Source: Candidatus Oxydemutatoraceae bacterium (GTDB lineage: Bacteria; Pseudomonadota; Gammaproteobacteria; Poriferisulfidales; Oxydemutatoraceae). Taken from it: a stretch of DNA of 64,000 nt. The translations under genes and the position numbers were made by a program. Under the pieces are notes generated by a model. The model saw nothing but the letters and a program-made list of their open reading frames with translations. It made no database searches and had not been told where the DNA came from. Below, one piece after another: positions 20,628-30,713 of the stretch. Location of the stretch: assembly GCA_965218975.1 (NCBI GenBank), contig OZ244717.1, positions 1,056,001-1,120,000 of the forward strand, written 5' to 3'. Position 1 is the first letter of the stretch; every line of letters starts with the position of its first letter.

Positions 20628-21564
20628 AAAAGCCGGGCAATATGCGACACTAATGCCTGATTACTTGGATAAGCCTAGGTCTTATTCGTTTGCTCGGGCT
20701 CCCGAATGTGAGAAACCGGGCGAATATACTTTCTTTATTCGTTTGCTGCATGGCGGGTTATTCTCAGGGTGGCTATTTGAGGAAGATCGCACCAATCACC
20801 CGCTGACAATTAGCGGACCATTGGGCAACTTTGGTTTGGATGCATCGGACCGTACCATGCTATGTGTTGCAGGCGGTAGCGGCATGAGTGCGATTTTTGC
20901 AATTCTTGAGCATGCAGTTGAGCAACAAGTCAAGCGTGACGCTTATTTCTTTTATGGTGCGCGCACTCAAAAAGATCTCTATATGCTTGATGAATTACAA
21001 GATTTTGTTAAGCGATGGCACCTGAGTTATAAATTGGAATTTATTCCGGTACTTTCAGGCGACCCTGCCGCTAATAAAAGTTGGACGGGGGCGACCGGAT
21101 TTGTGACTGATTATGTGGAGATGGAGTATATCCGGAATAAAAAAATTGACGTGGCGGATGCGGTCGCATATTTCTGCGGACCACCGCCGATGATTGATTT
21201 AGGTGTCGAGATGCTTTTGAATAAAGGGATGGATGTCAACGATATCCGGTATGATAAATTTGAGGATGCAAGTTCTCCCGTGCCTGTTATTGACAACTCA
21301 AAGTGTGTGTTATGCGATGAATGCCTGATGGTGAAACCGATCGATAAGTGCATTGTTGAAGTAATCGATTTGAATAATGGTAACGGCTCCGGCTATCGTC
21401 CGGTGATTCCGGCTCAAACGTCGGGTCTTTATTATAATTCCTTATATATAGATGAGAGTGAATGCATTCGGTGCTACGCTTGCGTTGATGCATGCCCTGC
21501 CGATGCGATTAATCCAAATTATGCGAAAGAGTTAAAAACTTTACGTCGCAGCAGCGGCACTTAA
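20628..21564 (+). pseudogene. 5'-truncated duplicate of the FNR-ferredoxin reductase, in frame with an IS-end-derived leader (ORF 20518-21564)
   Basis: Near-identical to 12797-13733 (a few SNPs, one K to M). It lacks the first ~64 codons of the original. Confidence 0.8.
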
Positions 21565-21724
21565 AGTTAATAGTTTTCGGCATTTTACATCAGTTATTTT
21601 CTGTCGCGCATTTCTTAGCCCGAATGATTTTTACGTTTTGCTTGTTTTCTTTATTGAAAAACGGACGCGTTCTATATGCGCTGAAGTCAGTTGATATATA
21701 ATCAATAAATAACTGATTAACGAT

Positions 21725-21801
21725 GCGCCCGTAGCTCAGTCGGATAGAGTACCTGGCTACGAACCAGGCGGTCGGGAGTTCGAATCTCTCCGGGCGCGCC
21801 A
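21725..21801 (+). tRNA. tRNA-Arg (anticodon ACG), copy 2
   Basis: Identical to 13894-13970. Confidence 0.97.
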
Positions 21802-21990
21802 CCGATTACCATAATAATCAAGCAGTTATTACTCCGGGCAGTGGTCGCTTGCGGGCAGTGGTCGCTTGGAGTTTTTCTCTAAAGCTAGGTTTTGGTATTA
21901 AGGCAAATAGGTGCATACTGTAGGGTACAAACACGTTATGTGTTACGATGTAAAAATATTGCCCCAATTCTTTAAAGGAGTTCTGATGTA

Positions 21991-24900
21991 ATGAAAATGT
22001 GTTTCAAGTTTCTTCCTAATTTATATCTGCTTGCCGTATTGATTGCTTTAGCCTATGTTCCGCATGCCCATGCACAATCTGGTATTTGCGACCGTAACAT
22101 GCGGGTTCAAAATGCGATTCTCGACCAGCTTGCCGACATAGACGACTGTGCGGAGGTAACCGAGGACAATCTGAACTCCCTCGCCGGGGAGTTGACAGTG
22201 ATGGGAACATTTCTCCCCTTGAATGAGGGGGACTTTGATAATCTTGGCTCTTTGACAACGCTGAATTTGAGGAACAATGAATTATCGAGTCTGCCTGCGA
22301 ACATATTTGATGCTCTTGGCTCTTTGGAAACGCTGAATTTGTTGGGCAATGGTGAAATACCGAATCTACCTGAGGGCATATTTGATGAACTTGACTCTTT
22401 GACAACGCTGAATTTGGCGGGCAATGGATTTTTGAGTCTGTCTGCGGGTATATTTAATAATCTTGGCTCTTTGACAACGCTGAGTTTGAGGAACGAGAAT
22501 TTTTCGAGTCTGCCTGCGGGTATATTTGATGCTCTTGGCTCTTTGACAACGCTGAATTTGGAGAACAATTTTTTATCGAGTCTGCCTGCGGGCATATTTA
22601 ATAATCTTGACTCTTTGACAACGCTGAATTTGTCGAAAAATCTTTTAACGCTGTATTTGGAGAACAATGAATTATCGAGTCTGCCTGCGGGTATATTCGA
22701 GCGCCTCACATCGCTTGAAACAATTGATTTGCGCGACAATCCCGGCAGTAACTCCTTCAAACCGTTGGCGAATGCCGGATCCGACCTGACTATCACCGTC
22801 GGCGAAGTCGTTAGGCTGGACGCTACCGCCACCGATGGCGGTCCGTTTGGGAGCAACCTGAGTTTTGCGTGGTTGCAGGACGGAAGCGATAGCACGACTG
22901 TGACGCTGACCGATGCCGCTACCGCCACACCCACGTTCACCGTGCCGGCGGACACGCCGGACGGGACCGTGTTTCAATTTGATCTGACAGTGGTCGGCGG
23001 GAATAAGTTTGGGACTCTTGATGATTCGTCTCAACAGAGACTGACCGACAGCGACTCGGTGGCGGTAACGGCTGTTGTAATACCGCCTGGCGCGCCGACG
23101 ACTTTGACGGCAACGCCGGGTAACGGGCAGGTAGAATTGGAGTGGGCGCCGCCGGGAGATATCGGCGGTAGCGCGATCACGCATTATGAATATCGGCAGA
23201 GAACCACTGGCGAAGATTTCGGTTCATGGACGGATATTCCGGACGGCGATGATGATGCGGATAGTGACGCCGGCAACGAGACGCGTTCTACAGTCACTAG
23301 TCTGACGAACGGCATCGCATACACCTTTCAAGTGCGCGCAGTCAGCGCCGGCGGGGGCCCAGGCGAGGCAACCGACGAAGTAACGGCGATTGCAGGAATG
23401 GGCTTGGGCATTTGCGATCGTACACGGCAGGTTCAAGAGGCGATTCTCGACCGGCTTGGGCTTGACATGACCGTGACCGCCTGTGCGGAGGTAACCGAGG
23501 ACAATCTGAACACCCTCGCCGGGGGGTTGGACTTTTCTCTAGAAGGAATTACCGCCCTGAAGGAGGGGGACTTTGATGATCTTGACTCTTTGACAACGTT
23601 GAATTTGCGGGGCAACTCTAGAAATCATTTGTCGAGTCTGCCTGCGGATATATTTGATGATCTTACCTCTTTGACAACGCTGGATTTGGGTTTCAATCGA
23701 TTATCGAGTCTGCCTGCGAGTCTGCCTCCGGGCATATTTGATGATCTTGACTCTTTGGAAACGCTGGATTTGACGTTCAATCTATTATCGAGTCTGCCTC
23801 CGGGCATATTTGATGCTCTTGACTCTTTGGAAACGCTGCTTTTGTTGAACAATGAAATATCGAGTCTGCCTGAGGACATATTTAATAGTCTTGGCTCTTT
23901 GACAACGCTGAATTTGCAACTCAATCAATTATCGCGTCTGCCTGAGGGCATATTTAATAATCTTGACTCTTTGGCAACGCTGATTTTGCGTGACAATCAA
24001 TTATCGAGTTTGCCTGCGGGCATATTTGATAGTCTTGGCTCTTTGACAACGCTGAATTTGCGTGGCAATCAATTATCGCGTCTGCCTGAGGGCATATTTA
24101 ATAATCTTGACTCTTTGGCAACGCTGATTTTGCGTGACAATCGATTATCGAGTTTGCCTGCGGGCATATTCGAGCGCCTCACATCGCTTAAAACAATTGA
24201 TTTGCGCGACAATCCCGGCACTGACTCCTTCATACCGTCGGCGAATGCCGGATCCGATCGGACCGCCGCCCCCGACGAAGTCGTTATGCTGGACGCTACC
24301 GCTACCGACGGCGGTCCGTTCGGGAGCAACCTGAGTTTTGCGTGGTTGCAGGACGGAAGCGATAGCACGACTGTGACGTTGACCGGCGCCGCTACCGCCA
24401 CGCCCACGTTCACCGTGCCGGTGGGCACGCCGCTGGACGGGATCGTGTTTCGATTTGATCTGACAGTGGTCGGCGGGAATAAGTTTGGGACTCTTGATGA
24501 TTCCTCTCGACGGAGACTGACCGACGACAGCGCCTCGGTGGAGGTAACGGTTGGAATACCGCCCGGCGCGCCGATGTTTTTGACAGCAACGTCGGGCAAG
24601 GGGCAGGTAGGATTGGAGTGGATGTCGCCGGGCGGTATCGGCAGCACAATCACGCATTATGAATATCGGCAGAGAACCACTGGCGAAGATTTCGGTTCAT
24701 GGACGGATATTCCGGACGGCGATGATGCGAATAGTGACGCCGGCAACGAGACGCGTTATACAGTCACTAGTCTGACGAACGGCATCGCATACACCTTTCA
24801 AGTGCGCGCAGTCAGCGCCGCGGGCCCAGGCGAGGCAACCGACGAAGTAACGGCGATTGCAGGAATGGGCTTGGGCATTTGCGATCGTACACGGCAGGTT

Positions 24901-27771
24901 CAAGAGGGGATTCTCAGCGAGCTTTCCGATGCAACCGACTGTGCGGTGGTAGCCGATACCGATCTGAACTCTATCATTGAGCTGGATCTGGCCGGAACTG
25001 AAATTACCGCCCTGAAGGTAGGAGACTTTGCCGGACTCGCTACGATGACGACGCTGAATCTGAGCTTTAATGAACTATCGAGTTTGCCCGCTGGCGTATT
25101 CGATGGTCTCAGCACGCTTGAACGTCTATATATGCAAAAAATCGGCCTGACGACCCTGACAGAAAGTGTGTTTAACGACCTCACTGCACTTAAAGAACTG
25201 GATCTGGTAGAGAACAAACTGACAACCCTGCCCGGCGGTGTGTTTGACAGCACCACCATGCTTAATCGGTTGTATCTGAATGATAATCAGTTGGAAATGC
25301 TGCCCGACGACGTGTTCGAGCGCTTAACATCATTGGATTTCATCACTCTATTCCGTAATCCCGACAGTGAATCCTTCAAACCGATGGCAAATGCCGGTCC
25401 CGACCGAGAGGTTATTGCCGGTGACAGAGTTACGTTGGAGTTGGACGGCACTGCTACCGACGGCGGTCCGTTCGGGAATAACATTGAATTTTCTTGGTCG
25501 CGCGACGATCTTTTGGATACAGAGGGGCTTACCAAGTGGACAACCGCCAGGCCTATGTTTATTGTGCCGGGGAACACGCCGGTTGGAACGACGCTCCGAC
25601 TCACCCTGACGGTTAGAGGCAAAGGTGAGACTGCACCTCGATTCGATGACCCGAGAGGTCACCTTACCGACCGTACCACATTGACAGTGACGGTTCTACC
25701 CCGGCCTAAGATATCAATCATGCTGCCACCCGGTGGGGAGTCGGTGGTGGAAGGGGAACCTGCGGTGTTCATACTGAACCGGACGGAGTCGGCAAATACG
25801 GCGCTGACGGTGAATATTAAGGTGATTAGGACGGTTTTTGACTCGGCGCCGCCCAGTACGGTGACTGCGGTGCTTGTGGTGCCGCCTGATACGGTGACTT
25901 TTGATGCCGGTTCTGCGACGACAATACTTAGCCTCGCTACTGACGACGATATGCTTGATGAGCCCGATAGCATACTGACGGTTGACATCATTAGCGGTGC
26001 GGGTTATGAGGACGTTTCTCGCGAACCAATTTCGGTAGTAGTTACCGACAATGACGTTACGTTCATCGAAGAAATTGCGCCGGGCGGGCCAAATGGATTC
26101 ATTGTTGATATCGGTGCTGCGGATTACGTTATTATTTCAGGCCGGCATAATGATGGGGCAAGGATTAACGCAGACGTTTTGCTGCCGGATATGTTTGGCT
26201 CTTCGTTGCGAACCTGTATTGTCTATGGTTTTCCGGAGAATGAACCGACGAACGCAGAGGAGTGCGATTCTTTGCACGGATCGTTGATAGAAGAGCCGAT
26301 AGTTCAAGTGCCTGTGTTCGGTAGCGTATTGTACGGGGTTGATGTTGAAGACGACGGGGGGGTGACTACTGTTCGGGAAAGTCTAAGGATTTATGTTGCA
26401 CCGCCAACCGGATTTCCTTCCGAAGTGCGGTGGCGGCATTTTCCTGGCCCTGCACCGATAGACATGCTTTTATTGACGTCGGATAATGATGGCGTGCCGG
26501 AATCAATTGACTTTGATTTTGAACTAGGGTCCGGCAAGCGAATGGTCGGTCCGATAGATGTTTCTTTTGCAAAGGGGCGTAGCACGGTCAGTATAAGTTT
26601 ATTGCCTGAGGAAAACGTTGTTCGACTTTCAAAAATTAATGGAGTTGCTTTTTCCGGTAGACGCGATGACGATTTGAGTATGGTCACCGAAGCGATGCTT
26701 CGTGACAACAAACTATTTTCGCTGGGCAATAATGAAATAGAGTTTGTTGATGCGAAAGAACCGGATGAAAGCCCGATTGAGTCCGTCGAGCCCGTCGTTT
26801 CGCTGCCCGAGTTGGTCACGTTTGATCAAGTAACCACAATCACGCTGACGGGCGATTATATTGTTAATGTTTTCGCATACGCTACGGCGACAGCGACTTT
26901 CGATCAAGTGGGTATGTCCGAAGACGTTGTGAGGGGGGTGGTAATTGACATCAGCAATGATGATACTATCAGGAGTTTTGACAATCGGGGTATGGAGCGT
27001 ATCATTTCGTTTGACGATGCGGATTTCAGCCCGCACATTTTTCAAGTGGAAATATCCACCAACATGGAAGTGATAGCGACTATCAACGCACTCGGAGACG
27101 TTGCGACCGATTTAGGAAATGCTAGTACGGAGCAGCTTACACTAACGACGCGTGGGGAATTGCTGCCTGGTTTCTATGCTTACAAAAACGTTTTCAATCT
27201 CCCGCCGTTGCCGGACGGTCGCGAGGTTTCGGACCCGGAAATCGAGGTGTTTGATTTCATAGTCACTGACTTCCCCGCCGGCGTTGCAACTATCGTAATT
27301 GAGTTGGCTGCTCCGACTCAGGAAGGATCACTCTACTATAGATATCGTCGTTCGGAAGATGATTCGACAGATGACTGGGTACCTTTTGAAGCGGGAGACA
27401 TTGATAAGATTTTCAGTGCACCTGCTCCATGCCCGAGTGCGCAAGCGAGTAGAGAAACGAATGCGGGTGGCAGTCAAAACGATTATGCGTGGTATTTAGC
27501 GTCTAGCGGCACTCGCGCAAACGACCAATGTCTGATGCTTGAAATTGAAGACGGTTCGGTAAATGATGCCGATGGCAGAGTTAACGGGATTATATTTAGC
27601 ACCGGCGCAAGTGTTGGCGTCGCTGATGATGGTGTCACTGATGACGGTCATCGTCGCGGCGGTAGTGGCGCCATCGGTTTATGGTGGCTACTTCTGCTCG
27701 TCGGCATAGTCTCTGGAGCTGCTGCGTTGAAGCGTCGAGATGAAGGTTTCAACCGACGATTTTTACCTTAA
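21991..27771 (+). CDS. Leucine-rich-repeat surface protein B (3 LRR blocks, 3 PKD-like, 2 FN3, Calx-beta-like, GlyGly-CTERM anchor)
   Basis: 1926 aa. Nearly the same signal peptide and near-identical C-terminal ~600 aa as protein A; FN3 motif LEWAPPGDIGGSAITHYEY...LTNGIAYTFQVRAV twice; GGSGAIGLWWLLLLVG...KRR tail. Confidence 0.88.
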   Translation: MKMCFKFLPNLYLLAVLIALAYVPHAHAQSGICDRNMRVQNAILDQLADIDDCAEVTEDNLNSLAGELTVMGTFLPLNEGDFDNLGSLTTLNLRNNELSSLPANIFDALGSLETLNLLGNGEIPNLPEGIFDELDSLTTLNLAGNGFLSLSAGIFNNLGSLTTLSLRNENFSSLPAGIFDALGSLTTLNLENNFLSSLPAGIFNNLDSLTTLNLSKNLLTLYLENNELSSLPAGIFERLTSLETIDLRDNPGSNSFKPLANAGSDLTITVGEVVRLDATATDGGPFGSNLSFAWLQDGSDSTTVTLTDAATATPTFTVPADTPDGTVFQFDLTVVGGNKFGTLDDSSQQRLTDSDSVAVTAVVIPPGAPTTLTATPGNGQVELEWAPPGDIGGSAITHYEYRQRTTGEDFGSWTDIPDGDDDADSDAGNETRSTVTSLTNGIAYTFQVRAVSAGGGPGEATDEVTAIAGMGLGICDRTRQVQEAILDRLGLDMTVTACAEVTEDNLNTLAGGLDFSLEGITALKEGDFDDLDSLTTLNLRGNSRNHLSSLPADIFDDLTSLTTLDLGFNRLSSLPASLPPGIFDDLDSLETLDLTFNLLSSLPPGIFDALDSLETLLLLNNEISSLPEDIFNSLGSLTTLNLQLNQLSRLPEGIFNNLDSLATLILRDNQLSSLPAGIFDSLGSLTTLNLRGNQLSRLPEGIFNNLDSLATLILRDNRLSSLPAGIFERLTSLKTIDLRDNPGTDSFIPSANAGSDRTAAPDEVVMLDATATDGGPFGSNLSFAWLQDGSDSTTVTLTGAATATPTFTVPVGTPLDGIVFRFDLTVVGGNKFGTLDDSSRRRLTDDSASVEVTVGIPPGAPMFLTATSGKGQVGLEWMSPGGIGSTITHYEYRQRTTGEDFGSWTDIPDGDDANSDAGNETRYTVTSLTNGIAYTFQVRAVSAAGPGEATDEVTAIAGMGLGICDRTRQVQEGILSELSDATDCAVVADTDLNSIIELDLAGTEITALKVGDFAGLATMTTLNLSFNELSSLPAGVFDGLSTLERLYMQKIGLTTLTESVFNDLTALKELDLVENKLTTLPGGVFDSTTMLNRLYLNDNQLEMLPDDVFERLTSLDFITLFRNPDSESFKPMANAGPDREVIAGDRVTLELDGTATDGGPFGNNIEFSWSRDDLLDTEGLTKWTTARPMFIVPGNTPVGTTLRLTLTVRGKGETAPRFDDPRGHLTDRTTLTVTVLPRPKISIMLPPGGESVVEGEPAVFILNRTESANTALTVNIKVIRTVFDSAPPSTVTAVLVVPPDTVTFDAGSATTILSLATDDDMLDEPDSILTVDIISGAGYEDVSREPISVVVTDNDVTFIEEIAPGGPNGFIVDIGAADYVIISGRHNDGARINADVLLPDMFGSSLRTCIVYGFPENEPTNAEECDSLHGSLIEEPIVQVPVFGSVLYGVDVEDDGGVTTVRESLRIYVAPPTGFPSEVRWRHFPGPAPIDMLLLTSDNDGVPESIDFDFELGSGKRMVGPIDVSFAKGRSTVSISLLPEENVVRLSKINGVAFSGRRDDDLSMVTEAMLRDNKLFSLGNNEIEFVDAKEPDESPIESVEPVVSLPELVTFDQVTTITLTGDYIVNVFAYATATATFDQVGMSEDVVRGVVIDISNDDTIRSFDNRGMERIISFDDADFSPHIFQVEISTNMEVIATINALGDVATDLGNASTEQLTLTTRGELLPGFYAYKNVFNLPPLPDGREVSDPEIEVFDFIVTDFPAGVATIVIELAAPTQEGSLYYRYRRSEDDSTDDWVPFEAGDIDKIFSAPAPCPSAQASRETNAGGSQNDYAWYLASSGTRANDQCLMLEIEDGSVNDADGRVNGIIFSTGASVGVADDGVTDDGHRRGGSGAIGLWWLLLLVGIVSGAAALKRRDEGFNRRFLP

Positions 27772-28151
27772 AAATTGCTGTCGGTTCGTTCGCCTTTTTA
27801 TTGATTCAAAACAAATAAGTATGGGGATCTCGGACTAAACTTCACGTGCTGACTTTGTTGAGCGGATAGGTGGTAGTATTCGGCAACGTTATCAGCGCGA
27901 CGATGACATTAAAAATTAATGCTAATGCTTTTGTAAGGCAAGCGCTGCCGGATAACCCGTATGCAGATTATGCACACTAGACCGATTAGTTTGGAAAATC
28001 TACAGCAGTGATGAGAAAAATGCGCAGATAAGCATGATCAAGTGCTAATAAGATGAGGAGGGTATAAATAGTTAGCTTTGCTGCCGGCTACGCGGGAAAT
28101 GACGAAGCGCGGGAGCGGTATAACAAAAACGGAGTGGGGTAAAATGCTCAA

Positions 28152-30713
28152 ATGGCTCTGAAGAAATCCCAACTCTACTCCTCGTTATGGAAAAGCTGCG
28201 ACGAGTTGCGCGGCGGCATGGATGCCTCGCAGTACAAGGACTATGTCCTGACGCTGCTGTTTATGAAGTACGTTTCGGATAAACATGCCGGCAATCCCAA
28301 AGCGCTTATTAAAGTGCCGCCCGGCGGCAGTTTTTCCGACATGGTAAAGCTCAAGGGCGACAAGGAGATCGGCGACAAGATCAACAAGATCATTGGCCGG
28401 CTTGCCGAGACTAACGACCTCAAAGGCGTCATTGACCAAGCCGACTTCAACGACGAGAGCAAGCTCGGCACAGGCAAGGAAATGCAAGACCGGCTCTCGA
28501 AGCTGATCGCCATATTCAATGGCCTCGACTTCCGCGCCAACCGCGTCGAGGGCGACGACCTCTTAGGCGACGCCTACGAATACTTGATGCGGCATTTTGC
28601 TACCGAGTCGGGTAAAAGCAAGGGGCAATTCTACACACCGGCAGAAGTTTCGCGCATCATGGCGAAGGTGGTCGGCATTGGCCCGGATACTCAACAGGAC
28701 AGAACTATATACGACCCGACCTGCGGCTCCGGTTCGTTGCTGCTGAAGGCTGCGGATGAAGCACCGCGCGGCATTACCGTTTACGGCCAGGAGATGGACA
28801 ACGCCACCTATGCGCTTGCGCGGATGAATATGATCCTACATGGCCACGAGACCGCCGACCTTTGGCACGGCAACACCTTGGCCGCTCCGTACTTCAAGAA
28901 CAAGAACTCGGACGACCGTCTCAAGACCTTTGACTTTGCCGTCGCCAATCCGCCCTTCTCGACCAAAGCTTGGTCCAATGGCTTTGATCCGGCTAACGAC
29001 GAGTTTGGGCGTTTTACCTGCGGCGTTCCACCGGAGAAGAATGGGGACTATGCCTTTCTTTTACATCTGATCGCGTCGCTTAATAGCAAGGGCAAGGGCG
29101 CGATTATTCTGCCGCACGGCGTGCTGTTTCGTGGCAACAAGGAGGCGGGCATCCGCAAGAATCTCATTCGGTATGGCTTCATCAAGGGTATCATCGGCCT
29201 GCCGGCTAACCTGTTTTACGGCACCGGCATTCCCGCCTGCATTCTGGTCCTCGACAAAGAAAACGCTCGTGCCCGCAGCGGCATCTTTATGATAAACGCG
29301 AGCAAAGGCTTTCTCAAAGACGGCAACAAAAATCGCCTGCGCGCGCAGGACATCCACCGGATCGTCGATGTGTTCAACCGGCCGACAGAGTTGCCACGCT
29401 ATTCCCGCATGGTACCGGTGGCTGAGATCGCTAGCCCGGCCAACGACTACAATCTGAACATCCCGCGCTACATTGATTCCGGCGAACCGGAAGACCTGCA
29501 CGACCTCAACGCGCATCTGCGCGGCGGCATTCCCAATAGCGACCTTGACGCGCTCGGCGCTTATTGGGATGTCTTCCCCTCGCTGCGCCAAGCGTTGTTT
29601 GTTGGCAATGGTCGCTCAGGTTACAGCGAGGTTCGCGTTGAGACACCGCAAGTGAAAGCCGTCATCCTCGATCATGGGGCATTCAAGTCGTACGAGGCGC
29701 AGGTTGCGACCGTTCTCGACGGTTGGCGCAAGGCGCACGAACCGATGCTCAAGAGACTTGAAATAAATACCAATCCCAAGGAAATCATCCGCATCTTGGC
29801 AGAAGATCTGCTGAAGAGGTTTGCCGACTTACCGCTACTTGACTCGTACGACATGTACCAGCGACTGATGGACTATTGGGACGAGGCGATGCAGGACGAC
29901 ATGTATCTTATTACCGCGGACGGTTGGGGCGAGGCTGCCAAGCCACGCAGGATCGTTGCGGACAAGAGGATCAAGGAGATACCGGATCTCACTATCAAGC
30001 GCAGGAAGTACAAGATGGACCTGATTCCCCCGCAGCTGATCGTCGCGCGCTACTTTGCCGATGAACAAGCCGCCGTTGAGGCGCTACAGGACGAGCAGGG
30101 GGCCGTTGCCTGCGAGTTGGAGGAATTCGTCGAAGAACATGGTGCCGACGAGGGCGCGCTCAACGGTCTTGGGAGGAAGAGTGGTATCACCAAGGGTGAT
30201 GCGCAGCGGCGCGTCATCCAACTTAAGGAAGCCATCCTGAAGATATACCCCGAAGGAACACCAGAGCACAATCAGGCGAGGCTTATAAAGAAAACCACCT
30301 TTGGGGTTCATGACTGGATCAAGAACGTCATAGACGAAGAAGGACTATTCGAGGAACTGGACATTCTTTACGATTATCTCCAACTCATGGATCACGAGAA
30401 AAGCCGGAAGAATGTGTACAAACAAGCGGTAGATGCGTTGCTCACGTTGATAATCGAGAAGTACGCCCAACTCGCCGAAGCTGAGATCAAGACGCTTGTG
30501 GTTGAAGACAAGTGGTTTACGAGCATCCGGGTGGCGATTGAGGATGAGGTACAGCGGCTAGCCCAGCAGCTCGCCGGGCGTGTGAAGGAGCTGGAAGAGC
30601 GCTACGCCCGTCCGCTGCCCGAGTTGGAGCGGGAAGCGGAGGCATTTGGCGGGAAGGTTGAGGGGCACTTGAAGCGGATGGGGTTGACGGTAGACCGCGG
30701 AACGGTGCGATGA
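28152..30713 (+). CDS. hsdM: Type I restriction-modification methyltransferase subunit M
   Basis: LWKSCDELRGGMDASQYKDY, GQFYTP, YDPTCGSGSLL, ANPPF (m6A motif IV), PHGVLFRG, YNLNIPRY. Confidence 0.96.
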   Translation: MALKKSQLYSSLWKSCDELRGGMDASQYKDYVLTLLFMKYVSDKHAGNPKALIKVPPGGSFSDMVKLKGDKEIGDKINKIIGRLAETNDLKGVIDQADFNDESKLGTGKEMQDRLSKLIAIFNGLDFRANRVEGDDLLGDAYEYLMRHFATESGKSKGQFYTPAEVSRIMAKVVGIGPDTQQDRTIYDPTCGSGSLLLKAADEAPRGITVYGQEMDNATYALARMNMILHGHETADLWHGNTLAAPYFKNKNSDDRLKTFDFAVANPPFSTKAWSNGFDPANDEFGRFTCGVPPEKNGDYAFLLHLIASLNSKGKGAIILPHGVLFRGNKEAGIRKNLIRYGFIKGIIGLPANLFYGTGIPACILVLDKENARARSGIFMINASKGFLKDGNKNRLRAQDIHRIVDVFNRPTELPRYSRMVPVAEIASPANDYNLNIPRYIDSGEPEDLHDLNAHLRGGIPNSDLDALGAYWDVFPSLRQALFVGNGRSGYSEVRVETPQVKAVILDHGAFKSYEAQVATVLDGWRKAHEPMLKRLEINTNPKEIIRILAEDLLKRFADLPLLDSYDMYQRLMDYWDEAMQDDMYLITADGWGEAAKPRRIVADKRIKEIPDLTIKRRKYKMDLIPPQLIVARYFADEQAAVEALQDEQGAVACELEEFVEEHGADEGALNGLGRKSGITKGDAQRRVIQLKEAILKIYPEGTPEHNQARLIKKTTFGVHDWIKNVIDEEGLFEELDILYDYLQLMDHEKSRKNVYKQAVDALLTLIIEKYAQLAEAEIKTLVVEDKWFTSIRVAIEDEVQRLAQQLAGRVKELEERYARPLPELEREAEAFGGKVEGHLKRMGLTVDRGTVR

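Larger units (their letters stand above)
20628..27754. repeat. Right copy of the large direct repeat flanking IS1634
   Basis: Constant offset of 7831 bp through the reductase, tRNA and promoter. It is longer than the left copy because the LRR gene has different modules. Confidence 0.92.

Noticed and set aside
2768-27771. Diversity-generating retroelement acting on the repeat proteins or the FGE-domain gene
   Set aside because: No reverse transcriptase in the window, differences between repeats are not adenine-specific and include indels, and no template repeat of the FGE gene 3' end was seen.
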